Assembly: GCA_965207735.1 (NCBI GenBank)
Contig: OZ242296.1
Span: 4,096,001 to 4,160,000, forward strand
From: Candidatus Versatilivorator sp.
GTDB taxonomy: Bacteria > Acidobacteriota > Terriglobia > Versatilivoradales > Versatilivoraceae
Reading direction: 5' to 3'
DNA: 64,000 bases
Shown here: positions 8,974 through 19,006 of the stretch, piece by piece
Numbering within the stretch: the stretch's first letter is position 1
Layout of the letters: each line of letters begins with the position of its first letter
Position numbers and translations under genes: made by a program
The notes under the pieces: generated by a model
Databases searched by the model: none
What the model saw: the letters and a program-made list of their open reading frames with translations, nothing else
Told to the model about the DNA's origin: nothing

Positions 8974-11436
8974 TTGCAAAGAATATCTGCAGTGGTGGCG
9001 ATGGGTCTGGCTCTGATCCTGTGCCGGCCGGCCGCGGCGGCCGAACCGCCGGTCTGCGCCGGCAGTCGATCTCTGGGCCAATTTCGTTTCCTGGTGCAAC
9101 CGGCCCCCAAGGTGCGGGCGCGCCCCCTGGCCGCGGTAAATCGACTGGAGATAGGCCATAAGCTCCTGTATATCCCGATTCGGCTGAAGTCCGACCGCCA
9201 GAGACAGGCCACCATCGCCCTGGTGCTGATCCCCACCGAGGGCGGCCCCGACAAGGAATGGGTGGTTCTGGACCCCCGGCCGGCCGCGGCGGCCACCCAG
9301 TGGGAGGTTCCCTTCGACGTCGGCGTGGTGGCAGCCGTCTACGGTCCTCGGGGGCTGAACGTCAAGAAGGTCAAGGACCTGGTCAAGAAGAACGGGGACG
9401 TCATCACCCAGCTTGCCGACTACGCCCAGCAGACGGCCCAGGTCGGTGCCCTGGTGGAAGCGCTGGCGGCCTGGGAACGCTCCCCCGCCAATTCCCAACC
9501 GCTGGACGCCGTGCTGCAGGGATTCTCGGCTCAGCATAATGTCAGCTTGCCCCGCATCGACTCCAAGGCGCCGGCCGATCAACAGGCGGCCCTGCTGCTA
9601 CGCACCCTGTTGCCGTCGCTGGCGACCTACGACCCGCTCAACCCCCAGCCGGCCCATGGAATACGACAATCGGCCGGACTGGCCGCATCCCTGGCGACCC
9701 TGTTCCTGGGAAACTCGGTCCTGCTGGCCACCGGAGGGGTGGCTCTGTTTCAGAACCTGAGGACACTGATCTCGCCCGGGACCGACTTCCGCTCTGCCTT
9801 CGCCCAGAACGTTCCCCCTCACGACATCCAGCTCTGCTCCCAGCGCCGGCCTGCCAAGACCCGGGCCAGGATCGCCTACCTGTGGGCTCTGCGCATCCCC
9901 TCCCAAGGGCCGCCGCAGGTCACTGTCCCTTCCGGCGCCCACCTGCCCATCGGCCGGGAAGCCCTGGTCCCGATTTCCACGGAGGATGCCTCCCATTGGA
10001 GGCAATTACCGCGAGCCCACGACTGGAAGCTGGTTCGGGCTGGTGGCGACCGGCATTTCGCCGTCGGTGTTTCGCTTCAGCCGTCGCTGCGCGCCCTGAA
10101 GCTGGATACCCGCAAAGAAGCGCTTCCTCCGGGGGAATACACCCTTGCCGCTTCCTGGGATTGGGAACCCTTTGAGTTGGCCGGCCGCTTGCACTTTCAC
10201 CAGTTGGGGGACCTGAGCATGGCGCGGTTGACCCCCCAATCCCAAGACAGGCTGGTGACAAAAAACGGGCGTATCCGTGTCGAGTTGATGGGTGCCGACT
10301 TCCAGTTCGTCAAAAAACTGGAGGTGGTGAATCCCAACGATACAGACCGAGCCGCCACGCCGCTTGCCTTCCTGTTGTCTCCAAGAACCCCTGACGGAAG
10401 GCAGGGACAACTGGGCTTCGCACTGGATACCAACGGGCTTGCCCCCGGCCTCTACGAGCTGAAAATCTCCCAGGCCGACGCCGAACCACAAGTTCTTCCT
10501 CTAAGGGTCCACCCCCCGATCCCTCAACTCTCCAATCTCCCTCTCAGAGTCAATCTCGGTGAAGAAAACCAGGGGCTCCTGCTGAAAGGAACCGGCCTGG
10601 AGCGCATCGGCGAGCTGGAGAGCGCCAAGGCCCGATGGGAACTGGCGCCGGTGTCGCCCGAAACGCGGGAGCTTGAACAGCGGGGCGTCACGGCCTATCT
10701 GGAGGAGGTGGCCCAAGAGGGCGATCTGCTCCCTGTCACCTTGAGGGTCATCGGACTGAACGCTCCGGTCGTGCTGAAGGAGGGGCTGCGACTCGTGGGG
10801 CCGCGGCCGGCCATTGCACGCGCCAGTACTTCCTTCCCACCCAAGTCCGCGCTGGGACTGCGTGAGGGCGAGCTCCCGGCCGGCCGGCCGGTCAGCTTCG
10901 CCATCGGCGTGGAGAACCTCCATCCGCTGGCCTCCCTCCAACTGGGATGCCGGAGCGGCGGCCAATTCCAATCCAGGCTGACTCTTGAACCCGGCCAGGC
11001 ACAAGGGTCCACCCGGCTGGACGTCACCGGGAAGGACACCCTGTTTCTCTCGCTGGACCCGGGCAGTCTGAGCGCTACCGACTGCTCCCTGGCGGTGGTG
11101 GTCCGCAACGAGACCACCGGATCGTCGGACCCGCACCCCTTGGGCCGGGTGGTCCGCCTTCCCAGGATCGAGCGATTCGTACTGACCCGCAGGAAGGTGG
11201 GAAAATCGCTCTACGAGGGATTGTTGACCGGAGAGGAACTGCACCATATCGCCAAGGCGGGTTGGGACGAGAGCCAGGGTCACCCCGTAGCGGGTATCCC
11301 CACCCCTTTCCCGGACGACCCGAACAAACAGACCTTGAGGATCGCCCTGCCCTGGCCCTCGCCCGAGCCCCACGCCCCGGTCTTCATCTGGCTGCGGGGC
11401 GAGGACCGAGGACGGCCCACCCAAGTGCGGTACTGA
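8974..11436 (+). CDS. Large exported hypothetical protein (820 aa)
   Basis: Long ORF with host-like codon usage and a signal peptide (MGLALILCRPAAA). No recognisable family motif. Start may be the ATG at 9001. Confidence 0.75.
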   Translation: MQRISAVVAMGLALILCRPAAAAEPPVCAGSRSLGQFRFLVQPAPKVRARPLAAVNRLEIGHKLLYIPIRLKSDRQRQATIALVLIPTEGGPDKEWVVLDPRPAAAATQWEVPFDVGVVAAVYGPRGLNVKKVKDLVKKNGDVITQLADYAQQTAQVGALVEALAAWERSPANSQPLDAVLQGFSAQHNVSLPRIDSKAPADQQAALLLRTLLPSLATYDPLNPQPAHGIRQSAGLAASLATLFLGNSVLLATGGVALFQNLRTLISPGTDFRSAFAQNVPPHDIQLCSQRRPAKTRARIAYLWALRIPSQGPPQVTVPSGAHLPIGREALVPISTEDASHWRQLPRAHDWKLVRAGGDRHFAVGVSLQPSLRALKLDTRKEALPPGEYTLAASWDWEPFELAGRLHFHQLGDLSMARLTPQSQDRLVTKNGRIRVELMGADFQFVKKLEVVNPNDTDRAATPLAFLLSPRTPDGRQGQLGFALDTNGLAPGLYELKISQADAEPQVLPLRVHPPIPQLSNLPLRVNLGEENQGLLLKGTGLERIGELESAKARWELAPVSPETRELEQRGVTAYLEEVAQEGDLLPVTLRVIGLNAPVVLKEGLRLVGPRPAIARASTSFPPKSALGLREGELPAGRPVSFAIGVENLHPLASLQLGCRSGGQFQSRLTLEPGQAQGSTRLDVTGKDTLFLSLDPGSLSATDCSLAVVVRNETTGSSDPHPLGRVVRLPRIERFVLTRRKVGKSLYEGLLTGEELHHIAKAGWDESQGHPVAGIPTPFPDDPNKQTLRIALPWPSPEPHAPVFIWLRGEDRGRPTQVRY

Positions 11437-11479
11437 CCCCCCGGTCTCACCGGCAGGCTGCATCCCAGACAAACCCGGC

Positions 11480-11912
11480 CCCCGCCCTGCCGGGCGGATG
11501 ATGCGAGGGTGAAACAACGAATCTTCATATCCTGTCGGGAATAAGGGCCATGTCGTGCTAAACCGGTTTTCGACTTATTGAACATGGATGCACAGGATAG
11601 ACAGGATAAACAGCCAGCCGTTTTCGTTTTGGAAATGAAGACGAACCACGAATAGCCACGAATAGGGACGAAGCTCCCTCAATGACGAGCGGCGCCCGGG
11701 TGCATCTGCGATACCGTGACCTTGATATCCCGACGTCATGCGAGGGAGCCCACCCGGGAGCGCGGGCGTCCCGCCCGCAACCTTATTCGTGCAAGCAGCC
11801 TGCGATCCAGGGGCACTCCCTCGAACAGTGCACCAAACCGGCCTTTGCAGGGTTCGCTACTATGGTGCCAAGTCCTATGGGGGCGAGACGCCCGCGCTCC
11901 CGGGTGGGCGTT
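11480..11912 (+). repeat. Composite intergenic repeat containing a REP-like inverted pair
   Basis: About 430 bp similar to the reverse complement of about 41280-41705. Contains GGGAGCGCGGGCGTCCCGCCCGC (~11756) and an inverted GGGCGAGACGCCCGCGCTCCC (~11882). Confidence 0.85.
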
Positions 11913-11988
11913 CTCCCATTCACTCTTGCTCCTCAAGAGAGCGTGTCGGGTTGCCGGGCCGCAGCCCTGCCGTGCAGATCATGCGAGA

Positions 11989-12316
11989 GAGCCTCTTGCA
12001 ATATTGGCAGTGGGACAGGTCATTTTGCCGGCAATCGTGACGTTCTGCCTATTTCAATAGTCGGGTGCGACTTGGTGAAAAATGGGAGTTCACCACAAAA
12101 AGCACTAAACGAATTTCGTAATTTCGAGTCTTGACAATCTGAAGTTGATCCCCATGGCGACTGGTTGACCGAATGTAGGCAGAAAGCGCGGAACTTGTGC
12201 GACAGGTTCGGGAGTCATCGCCTTGCAGGCTTTCAGTGTTTTGCTCTTTTTGTGTTCTTGTGCCTTTTGTGGCCATCCCCGGCAAGGGTCACGCTGCCGA
12301 ATTTTGCAAAAGGCTC
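11989..12316. mobile_element. Putative MITE with GAGCC..TTGCAA terminal inverted repeats
   Basis: Left end GAGCCTCTTGCAATATTGGCAG; right end CTGCCGAATTTTGCAAAAGGCTC. The left end and interior recur at about 54272-54400. Confidence 0.65.
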
Positions 12317-12481
12317 AATGGATAATCCTTTCGGAACCTTGGTATCCCGTCGCGGTTAACCTCAATGCCTTCGTGGCCCTTCGTCGTTCTTCGTGGCCCT
12401 TCGTGGATTACGCTTTTTTCTTTTGTTTCAGGCAGGTACTATTCCGAGTCGATGACGGTCTCCGGATTCGAGAAGGAAGCG

Positions 12482-13987
12482 ATGAGACGGCTGTTGCTGG
12501 GATTCATGCTCGCCGGATTCTGGCTCGGCCAGAGTGCCTGTCAGACAGGCGACCGGTCATTGCCGACCCATGGTTGGACGACCGGAGCAGCTCGGCTGCT
12601 GGCGTCCGCCAAGAGCAGCACTCCTTTACCGGATCCCCACCCCGGCGTTCGCTTTCACGCCAAGCCCAAGCCTCTTCCCGCGGGAGCCGTCACCAACGAT
12701 TGGACCTCCTTCCTGGGACCGACCCACAACGGGGTTTCCAGCGAGACCCGCCTGATCAAAAATTGGCCGGAGGGCGGGCCACCCCTGGTCTGGGAGCTGG
12801 CCAAGGGGACCGGCTACACCTCACCCGCCATCCACGACTCCCGGCTGGTTTACCTCAACCGCCAGGACCAGGAGGAGATCGTCGACTGCCTGCATCCCGA
12901 AACCGGACAACGTTACTGGACCTTTCGCTACCCCACAGGCTACAGCGACCGTTACGGTTACAACGACGGGCCCCGCTGCAGCCCGGTGATCGACGGCAAC
13001 CGCGTCTACACATACGGCGCCGAAGGCAAGCTCCATTGCCTCGACTTGGAGTCCGGTGCAATCCTTTGGAAACGCCACCTGTCAAAGGAATTCGGGGTGC
13101 CCCAGGATTTCTTCGGGGTCGCTTCCACACCGCTGGTCGAGGGGAACCTGCTGATCGTCAATGTGGGCGCCCCGGAAGGGCCTTCTGTGATCGCTCTGGA
13201 CAAACACACCGGCAAACTCGTTTGGGAGGCCGGGGACCGGTGGGGTCCCAGCTATTCGTCCCCGGTTCCGGCCACCGTGAGAGGCAAGCGGCGCGTTTTC
13301 GTCTTCGCCGGAGGCGAAAGCCGCCCCCCCACCGGGGGGCTGTTGAGCATCGATCCCGCCAACGGAGAGATCGACTTCCGCTTCCCCTGGAGAAGCCGCA
13401 GCTACGAGTCGGTCAATGCTTCCAACCCGGTGGTGATCGGCAACCAGGTTCTGATCTCGGCCAGCTACAAGACGGGAGCGGCTCTGCTCGACCTTCTCTC
13501 CGACGGGACCCATCGATTGGCCTGGACCGCGCCCCACTTCGGCCTGCACTGGAACACGGCCATTCACCGGGACGGGTATCTGTATGGGTTCGACGGCCGC
13601 AATGAGCCCGATGCGGCCCTGGTGTGCATCGAACTGAAGACGGGAAAGGAGATGTGGCGCGCCGTGCCGGAATGGGAAGAAACCCTCGAGTTCGGCGGCC
13701 GCCAGGTGATCCGAACCTTCACCACCTATCGGGGATCCCTGCTCTGGGCCGATGGGCATTTCCTCTGTCTGGGAGAGTTGGGTCACCTCCTGTGGCTCGA
13801 CCTCTCTCCCAAGGGCTACCGGATCCTCTCTCGCGCCTGGCTTTTCGCCGCCCGCGAGTCGTGGTCTCCTCCGGTCCTGAGCCGGGGCCTTCTCTACATC
13901 TCCCAGAACCGCCGGGACTTCGTCCGGGGAGGATCCCCCCGGCTGCTGTGCTACGACCTGCGCGCTCCCGACTCCGACGCCCCCTGA
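12482..13987 (+). CDS. PQQ-binding-like beta-propeller repeat protein (exported)
   Basis: Signal peptide, then WTSFLGPTHNGVS, WPEGGPPLVW, repeated SP.I/CLD..SG..LW blades, and C-terminal WSPPVLSRGLLYI. Confidence 0.85.
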   Translation: MRRLLLGFMLAGFWLGQSACQTGDRSLPTHGWTTGAARLLASAKSSTPLPDPHPGVRFHAKPKPLPAGAVTNDWTSFLGPTHNGVSSETRLIKNWPEGGPPLVWELAKGTGYTSPAIHDSRLVYLNRQDQEEIVDCLHPETGQRYWTFRYPTGYSDRYGYNDGPRCSPVIDGNRVYTYGAEGKLHCLDLESGAILWKRHLSKEFGVPQDFFGVASTPLVEGNLLIVNVGAPEGPSVIALDKHTGKLVWEAGDRWGPSYSSPVPATVRGKRRVFVFAGGESRPPTGGLLSIDPANGEIDFRFPWRSRSYESVNASNPVVIGNQVLISASYKTGAALLDLLSDGTHRLAWTAPHFGLHWNTAIHRDGYLYGFDGRNEPDAALVCIELKTGKEMWRAVPEWEETLEFGGRQVIRTFTTYRGSLLWADGHFLCLGELGHLLWLDLSPKGYRILSRAWLFAARESWSPPVLSRGLLYISQNRRDFVRGGSPRLLCYDLRAPDSDAP

Positions 13988-14051
13988 CTGCGCGGCGCCA
14001 CAAGCATTCTGCAATTATTGAAGCCTGGACAAGCAAGGTCCAGTTTCAGAA

Positions 14052-14181
14052 GAGCCTATTGCAAAACTCGGAATCCGGCATCTGCATGAGACAACAGAGA
14101 GCGCTCCGGTCCCTCGATGGAGCTGTCCCCTGACCCTTCCCGGCAACGCTCTCGTTGTGAGCCTACTTCTGCAATAGGCTC
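14052..14181. mobile_element. Short putative MITE (130 bp), same end family as 11989-12316
   Basis: GAGCCTATTGCAAAA ... TTCTGCAATAGGCTC inverted ends, lying between convergent genes. Confidence 0.6.
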
Positions 14182-14261
14182 AACCACAAAAAGCACAAAG
14201 GGCACAAAATGGGATTCCAGACGGGTCTATGGGTGTTTTGTCCCTTGGTGGCTAATGCTTG

Positions 14262-15542
14262 TTAACGGCCTGGCTGAAGGTCCACGGCCACCAACTCCTT
14301 TTGATTGCGTGCAAACAGGCGGCCGTCGGCCAGGGCGGGATAGGCTCGCACGGTCGGGGCCAGAATCCTGGCCTTGGCGATGAGGCGAAAGGCCTGTGGG
14401 GAGGCCGCAACCAGAATCAGTTCCCCGTTTTCCTTCAGCACCAGCAGCCGATCCCCCGCCAGGCTCAAGGTGCCGGCTCCGAACCCATCCCGGCTCCAGA
14501 GGACCCGTCCCGTCTGCAGCGACACGCAGCGCAGGGACTGGCCATATTCCTGCCGGCCGTGAAATCCGAAGAGGTGATCGCCTCGGATCACGCTGGTTGA
14601 ATAGTGGTTGGAAAGGGACTCGTCCGAGGTCCAGACCGTTTCCAGGTCGGAGTCCTTGACTCTGAGCTGAACCGCTCCGGTCCGATAGCTGGCCGAGAGG
14701 AAAACGAAGGGACCCGCCGCCAGCGGGGTGGCGGCGTTCACTGAAGCCCGGCTCCGGGCCCTCCAGCGAAAGCGAAACAGAACCTCTCCGCTGGCCGGAT
14801 CCGCCGATACCAGACCCGCGCGGGTGAAAAACAGCACCTGGCGGCGGCCGCCCAGGGTGGCCATGGCGGGAGAGGAATAGCTGGCCTCGTCATCGGTGGC
14901 GGTCCACAAGACTCGCCCCGTTCGAGCATCGAAGGCAACCAGCCCCGCCTGGTCTCGTCCACCGACGTTGAGGAACACCCGGCCGTCCTCGACCAGAGGG
15001 GAGCAAGCGGCGCCGAAGAAGCCCTTGCGTACGCCGAACTTCTCGTGGGTCCTCACGCTCCAGACTTTCCTGCCGTTCGCCAGCTCGAGACAATGCAGCA
15101 ATCCCTGAGCGCCAAGGGTGTAGACCTTACCCTCCCGGACCGAGGGAGTGGCTCGCGGTCCGCCGTCGAAACCAAAATCGTCCCGGTAATTGGTGGGATA
15201 GTCGTACTGCCACTGCGTCCGGCCGGTTTGGACCTCGAGGCACTCCACCCGTTCCCGACCTTCGAGCCTATGGAAAAGAATCAGTCGGCCGGCCCGCACC
15301 ACTGCTCCGCTGAACCCCTCCCCCACCGGCTTTCGCCAGAGGACGGGAGGCCCCGAGGCGGGCCAGGAACCGGCAATCGCCGCTCCCCCATAGACCCCGT
15401 TCCGCTTCGGGCCCAGGAACTGGGGCCAGTCCGACTCTCCGGCCGCCACCGGGTTCACCCCATGTGGGTTTGCGCCCAGCGATAGAAGCAACCCCGAAAG
15501 CAGCAAAATCCGGCGTGAAGGAATCAGGAATCCAGTCATCAT
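14262..15542 (-). CDS. PQQ-binding-like beta-propeller repeat protein (exported)
   Basis: Signal peptide, then DWPQFLGPKRNG, GPRATP, ASYSSP and YPALADGRLFARN. Paralogue of 12482-13987. Confidence 0.87.
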   Translation of the reverse strand: MMTGFLIPSRRILLLSGLLLSLGANPHGVNPVAAGESDWPQFLGPKRNGVYGGAAIAGSWPASGPPVLWRKPVGEGFSGAVVRAGRLILFHRLEGRERVECLEVQTGRTQWQYDYPTNYRDDFGFDGGPRATPSVREGKVYTLGAQGLLHCLELANGRKVWSVRTHEKFGVRKGFFGAACSPLVEDGRVFLNVGGRDQAGLVAFDARTGRVLWTATDDEASYSSPAMATLGGRRQVLFFTRAGLVSADPASGEVLFRFRWRARSRASVNAATPLAAGPFVFLSASYRTGAVQLRVKDSDLETVWTSDESLSNHYSTSVIRGDHLFGFHGRQEYGQSLRCVSLQTGRVLWSRDGFGAGTLSLAGDRLLVLKENGELILVAASPQAFRLIAKARILAPTVRAYPALADGRLFARNQKELVAVDLQPGR

Positions 15543-15893
15543 GGCCTATCACCGCGGTTGGGGATCTGCATCAATGAGTAGGGAGAACGCGAGCTGCAAT
15601 TTGCCCCTCACAGCAGCGCTTCGATCTCCTTGAAGAATTTTCTTCGACCATGGTTCACCTCCATTGTCTGCGAATGCCGGGCGAGCCGTTTCCGGGAGCG
15701 ACTGGATGCCTGCACCCGTCCCTTCCATTGCGCTTCCTGGGAACCAGTATTGCAAGTCGGCAGGGCTTTGTCTTTCTTTTTCCCCCAAGAATCCCGCCAC
15801 CTTCGGGAATCGTTGCCTTGGCTCAAAGGGATGGGTTATGTTTAGGCTCGCTTACAGCCGAATGTCGACACAATCCCCTTGAAAACAGGTCCC

Positions 15894-16880
15894 ATGAAAC
15901 GCATCCATCTTGCCTTCGCATTCATCCCTCTCTGCCTGATGGCCATGACTCCGAGTCAACCGTTGCAGTGGTATAAGGGGAATACTCACACCCACACCAT
16001 CAACTCGGACGGAGACAGCACCCCGGACGAGGTAGTGCGCTGGTACAAGGAACACGGCTTCCACTTCCTGGTGCTGTCGGACCATAACTTTCTGACCGAG
16101 GTCAAGGGTCTCAACAGCATTTTTGCAGCCCGGGAGAAATTCCTGGTCATCAACGGAGAAGAAGTCACCGACAGCTTCGAAGGAAGCCCCATCCATATCA
16201 ATGGACTGAACCTGCGGGAGGTCGTCCCGCCTCAAGGCGGCTCCGATCCGGTGGAAACCCTTCAGCGCAACGTGGATGCCATCCGCGGGGTGGGCGGCGT
16301 GCCCCACATCAACCACCCCAACTTCCACTGGGCTCTGACCGCAGACCAAATGCGCCAGGTCCGCAACAACAAGCTCTTGGAGATCTACAACGGCTCGCCG
16401 TCGGTCAACAACCACGGAGGCGGCGGCTCGCCCGGCCTGGAGGCCATGTGGGACGAGATCCTCAGCAGCGGCAAGCTCATTTACGGCATCGCCGTGGACG
16501 ACGCTCACCACTTCAAGGGTGAATTCAGCCCCGACCGCCTCAACCCGGGGCGCGGCTGGGTGGTGGTCCGGGCTCCCCGGCTCTCGGCAGGGGCCATCAT
16601 GGAGGGCTTGGAGGCCGGCCGCTTCTACTCGTCCACCGGCGTTTCCCTGTCGGACCTGCAGGTCGACGACCAGGGAATCGAGATCGCCATTCAGGAAAAA
16701 CCCACCTTCAAGTACACCACCCATTTCATCGGTGACGGGGGCCGCCTGCTCAGCAAGGCTCACGGCTTGAAGGCCGGCTATCGGTTCCAGGGAGGCGAAC
16801 GATACGTGCGGGCCCGGGTGGTGGACTCCATGGGATACACGGCCTGGACTCAGCCGGTTTTTGTGGATCAGGCCCGCTAA
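15894..16880 (+). CDS. Exported PHP-domain metallohydrolase (CehA/McbA-like)
   Basis: WYKGNTHTHT..SDG, LSDHN, NHP, LEIYN and VDDAH metal-ligand motifs; signal peptide. Confidence 0.85.
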   Translation: MKRIHLAFAFIPLCLMAMTPSQPLQWYKGNTHTHTINSDGDSTPDEVVRWYKEHGFHFLVLSDHNFLTEVKGLNSIFAAREKFLVINGEEVTDSFEGSPIHINGLNLREVVPPQGGSDPVETLQRNVDAIRGVGGVPHINHPNFHWALTADQMRQVRNNKLLEIYNGSPSVNNHGGGGSPGLEAMWDEILSSGKLIYGIAVDDAHHFKGEFSPDRLNPGRGWVVVRAPRLSAGAIMEGLEAGRFYSSTGVSLSDLQVDDQGIEIAIQEKPTFKYTTHFIGDGGRLLSKAHGLKAGYRFQGGERYVRARVVDSMGYTAWTQPVFVDQAR

Positions 16881-16994
16881 ACCAACCGGGCGCATCCTGG
16901 ATGGAGCTACCTGCCGGCTGGGAATGCCGGACCCCTAACGGAGGCCGATCCGGCTCATGCACGGCAACCGGCCGTCCATCCACCGGAGGAACCC

Positions 16995-18179
16995 ATGATG
17001 AGAAGCTTTCGAGAATTTGCGCCGACCCTGATGGCCGTCAGCCTTCTGGCCGGGACTCTGAACTGCGGCCCGCCGGAATCCAGCCGGCTCGGCGACGAGG
17101 AGAAGCCGTCCCGAGTGCAAAAGGCGGAATGGGGCCAGGTAGGGGAATCTCCCGTGCTTCTCTACACCTTGACCAATCGGCAGGGACTGAAGGCCAAGGT
17201 CACCAACTACGGAACGATCCTCACAGAGATGCACGTTCCGGACCGCCAGGGCCGGATGGCCGACATCACCCTGGGTTTCGACAAACTGGCGGACTACCTG
17301 CCGCGGCATCCCTACTTCGGCTGCATCTGCGGGCGGGTGGTGAACCGAATTTCCAACGCCAGGTTCACCCTCGACGGCCGTGAGTACACCTTGACCAAAA
17401 ACTACGGGGAACACCACCTGCACGGAGGCGACCAGGGCTTCGATCGAAAGGTGTGGACAGTGGCCGGAGAGTCCGAATCAGACAACGGAGCCTCGGTGAA
17501 GATGACCTACACCAGCCCCGACGGAGAAGAGGGTTACCCCGGAAATCTGACCACCTCGGTCACCTATACCCTGGCGGACGACAACTCGCTGAGGTTCGAG
17601 ATGGAGGCCGAAACCGACGCTCCCACCCTCGTCAACCTGGCCCATCACGCCTACTGGAACCTGGCGGGACACGACGCCGCCAACGTGCTGGGACATGAGC
17701 TGCAGTTGAACGCGCCCAGCTATACGGTATCGGATGGGCTGGGGGTTCCAACCGGCGAGATCGGACCGGTCGAGGGGACGCGCTTCGACTTCACCAAGCC
17801 CAAGACGCTCGGCGCCGACATCGGAAATATTTCCGCGGACGCCAAGGATCAGCGCGAGGGCTACGACGTCAACTTTGTTCTGGAGGGTTCCCCCGGACAG
17901 TTGAGGCGGGCCGCCCGGGTGCGGGAGCCCGTTTCCGGCAGGACCCTGGAAGTGCACACCACCGCGCCGGGGGTCCAGCTCTATACCGGCAACTACCTGG
18001 ACGGATCGTTCCAAGGCAAGGGCGGCATCGCCTACCAAAAACAGACCGGATTCTGCCTGGAGACCCAGCATTTTCCCGACTCCATCACCAAGGAGGGCCA
18101 ACCGGGGTGGCACTCCATCATCCTGCGGCCGGGTCAGACCTACCGCCATACCGTGGTGTTCACATTCGGAGCGGAATGA
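16995..18179 (+). CDS. galM: Aldose 1-epimerase (galactose mutarotase), probably a lipoprotein
   Basis: GRVVNRI, HLHGG, DGEEGYPG, NLAHHAYWNL, GVQLYTGN and CLETQHFPD motifs. Confidence 0.9.
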   Translation: MMRSFREFAPTLMAVSLLAGTLNCGPPESSRLGDEEKPSRVQKAEWGQVGESPVLLYTLTNRQGLKAKVTNYGTILTEMHVPDRQGRMADITLGFDKLADYLPRHPYFGCICGRVVNRISNARFTLDGREYTLTKNYGEHHLHGGDQGFDRKVWTVAGESESDNGASVKMTYTSPDGEEGYPGNLTTSVTYTLADDNSLRFEMEAETDAPTLVNLAHHAYWNLAGHDAANVLGHELQLNAPSYTVSDGLGVPTGEIGPVEGTRFDFTKPKTLGADIGNISADAKDQREGYDVNFVLEGSPGQLRRAARVREPVSGRTLEVHTTAPGVQLYTGNYLDGSFQGKGGIAYQKQTGFCLETQHFPDSITKEGQPGWHSIILRPGQTYRHTVVFTFGAE

Positions 18180-18207
18180 GCGGCCGGAAGTTCGGGAACT
18201 TGAGGAT

Positions 18208-18906
18208 ATGAGAGTTCACTACCTTAAGCACGTGCCCTTCGAGGGACTGGGCTCCATGCTTCCCTGGTTCCGGGAACGCGGATGTCAGGTCAGCTTGACC
18301 GAGCTCTATCGGAATGAACCGCTTCCACCCGTGGATGAGATCGATTGGCTGGTGGTGATGGGCGGCCCCATGAGCGCCAACGACGAGTCCAGGCACGCCT
18401 GGCTCAAGGCCGAAAAGGACTTCATCGGTCAGGCACTCCAGGCCGATAAAGCCATTCTGGGCGTCTGCCTGGGCAGCCAGCTCATCGCCGATGTTCTCGG
18501 CTCCAGGGTATACAAGAACCGCGAGCCCGAGATCGGCTGGTTTCCCATCCAGCGCTCCCCGGAGGCGGCTGCTCACAACCTGGGGAATCTGTTTCCCCAA
18601 CAAGCCGAGGTCTTTCACTGGCACGGAGAGACCTTCGACCTGCCCCGAGGGGCTCTGCACCTGGCTCGCAGCCAGGCCTGTGTGAACCAGGCCTTCGCCT
18701 ACGGCGACCGGGTCCTGGGGCTTCAATTCCATCTCGAGACCACCCGAAAAGCCCTTGAGGATCTGGCTCACGGCTGTGCCGACGAACTCGTCGACAGACC
18801 GTTCATACAAAGTGCAGAGCAGATGTTGTCCGATCCCCGGCGCTTCACCCGGCTGAATCGACTCCTGGATCCAATTCTCCAGGGAATGGCGACCCGGATG
18901 GAGTGA
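18208..18906 (+). CDS. Type 1 glutamine amidotransferase
   Basis: MGGPMS, LGVCLGSQL (catalytic Cys), HWHGETFDLP and LQFHLE. Confidence 0.9.
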   Translation: MRVHYLKHVPFEGLGSMLPWFRERGCQVSLTELYRNEPLPPVDEIDWLVVMGGPMSANDESRHAWLKAEKDFIGQALQADKAILGVCLGSQLIADVLGSRVYKNREPEIGWFPIQRSPEAAAHNLGNLFPQQAEVFHWHGETFDLPRGALHLARSQACVNQAFAYGDRVLGLQFHLETTRKALEDLAHGCADELVDRPFIQSAEQMLSDPRRFTRLNRLLDPILQGMATRME

Positions 18907-19006
18907 ACTGGAAGGACGGGCGTTCCCATTCGATCGGGCGGTGCCAATCCCCGGCTGACCTGCCCGCGCCCCCGTTGACTGCCGCCCGGGGCGGCACCCA
19001 TTCACC

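Noticed and set aside
11682-12134. ORFs inside the composite repeats (also 41065-41540 and 22483-22834)
   Set aside because: They lie in palindromic repeats and the reading frames are not preserved between copies.
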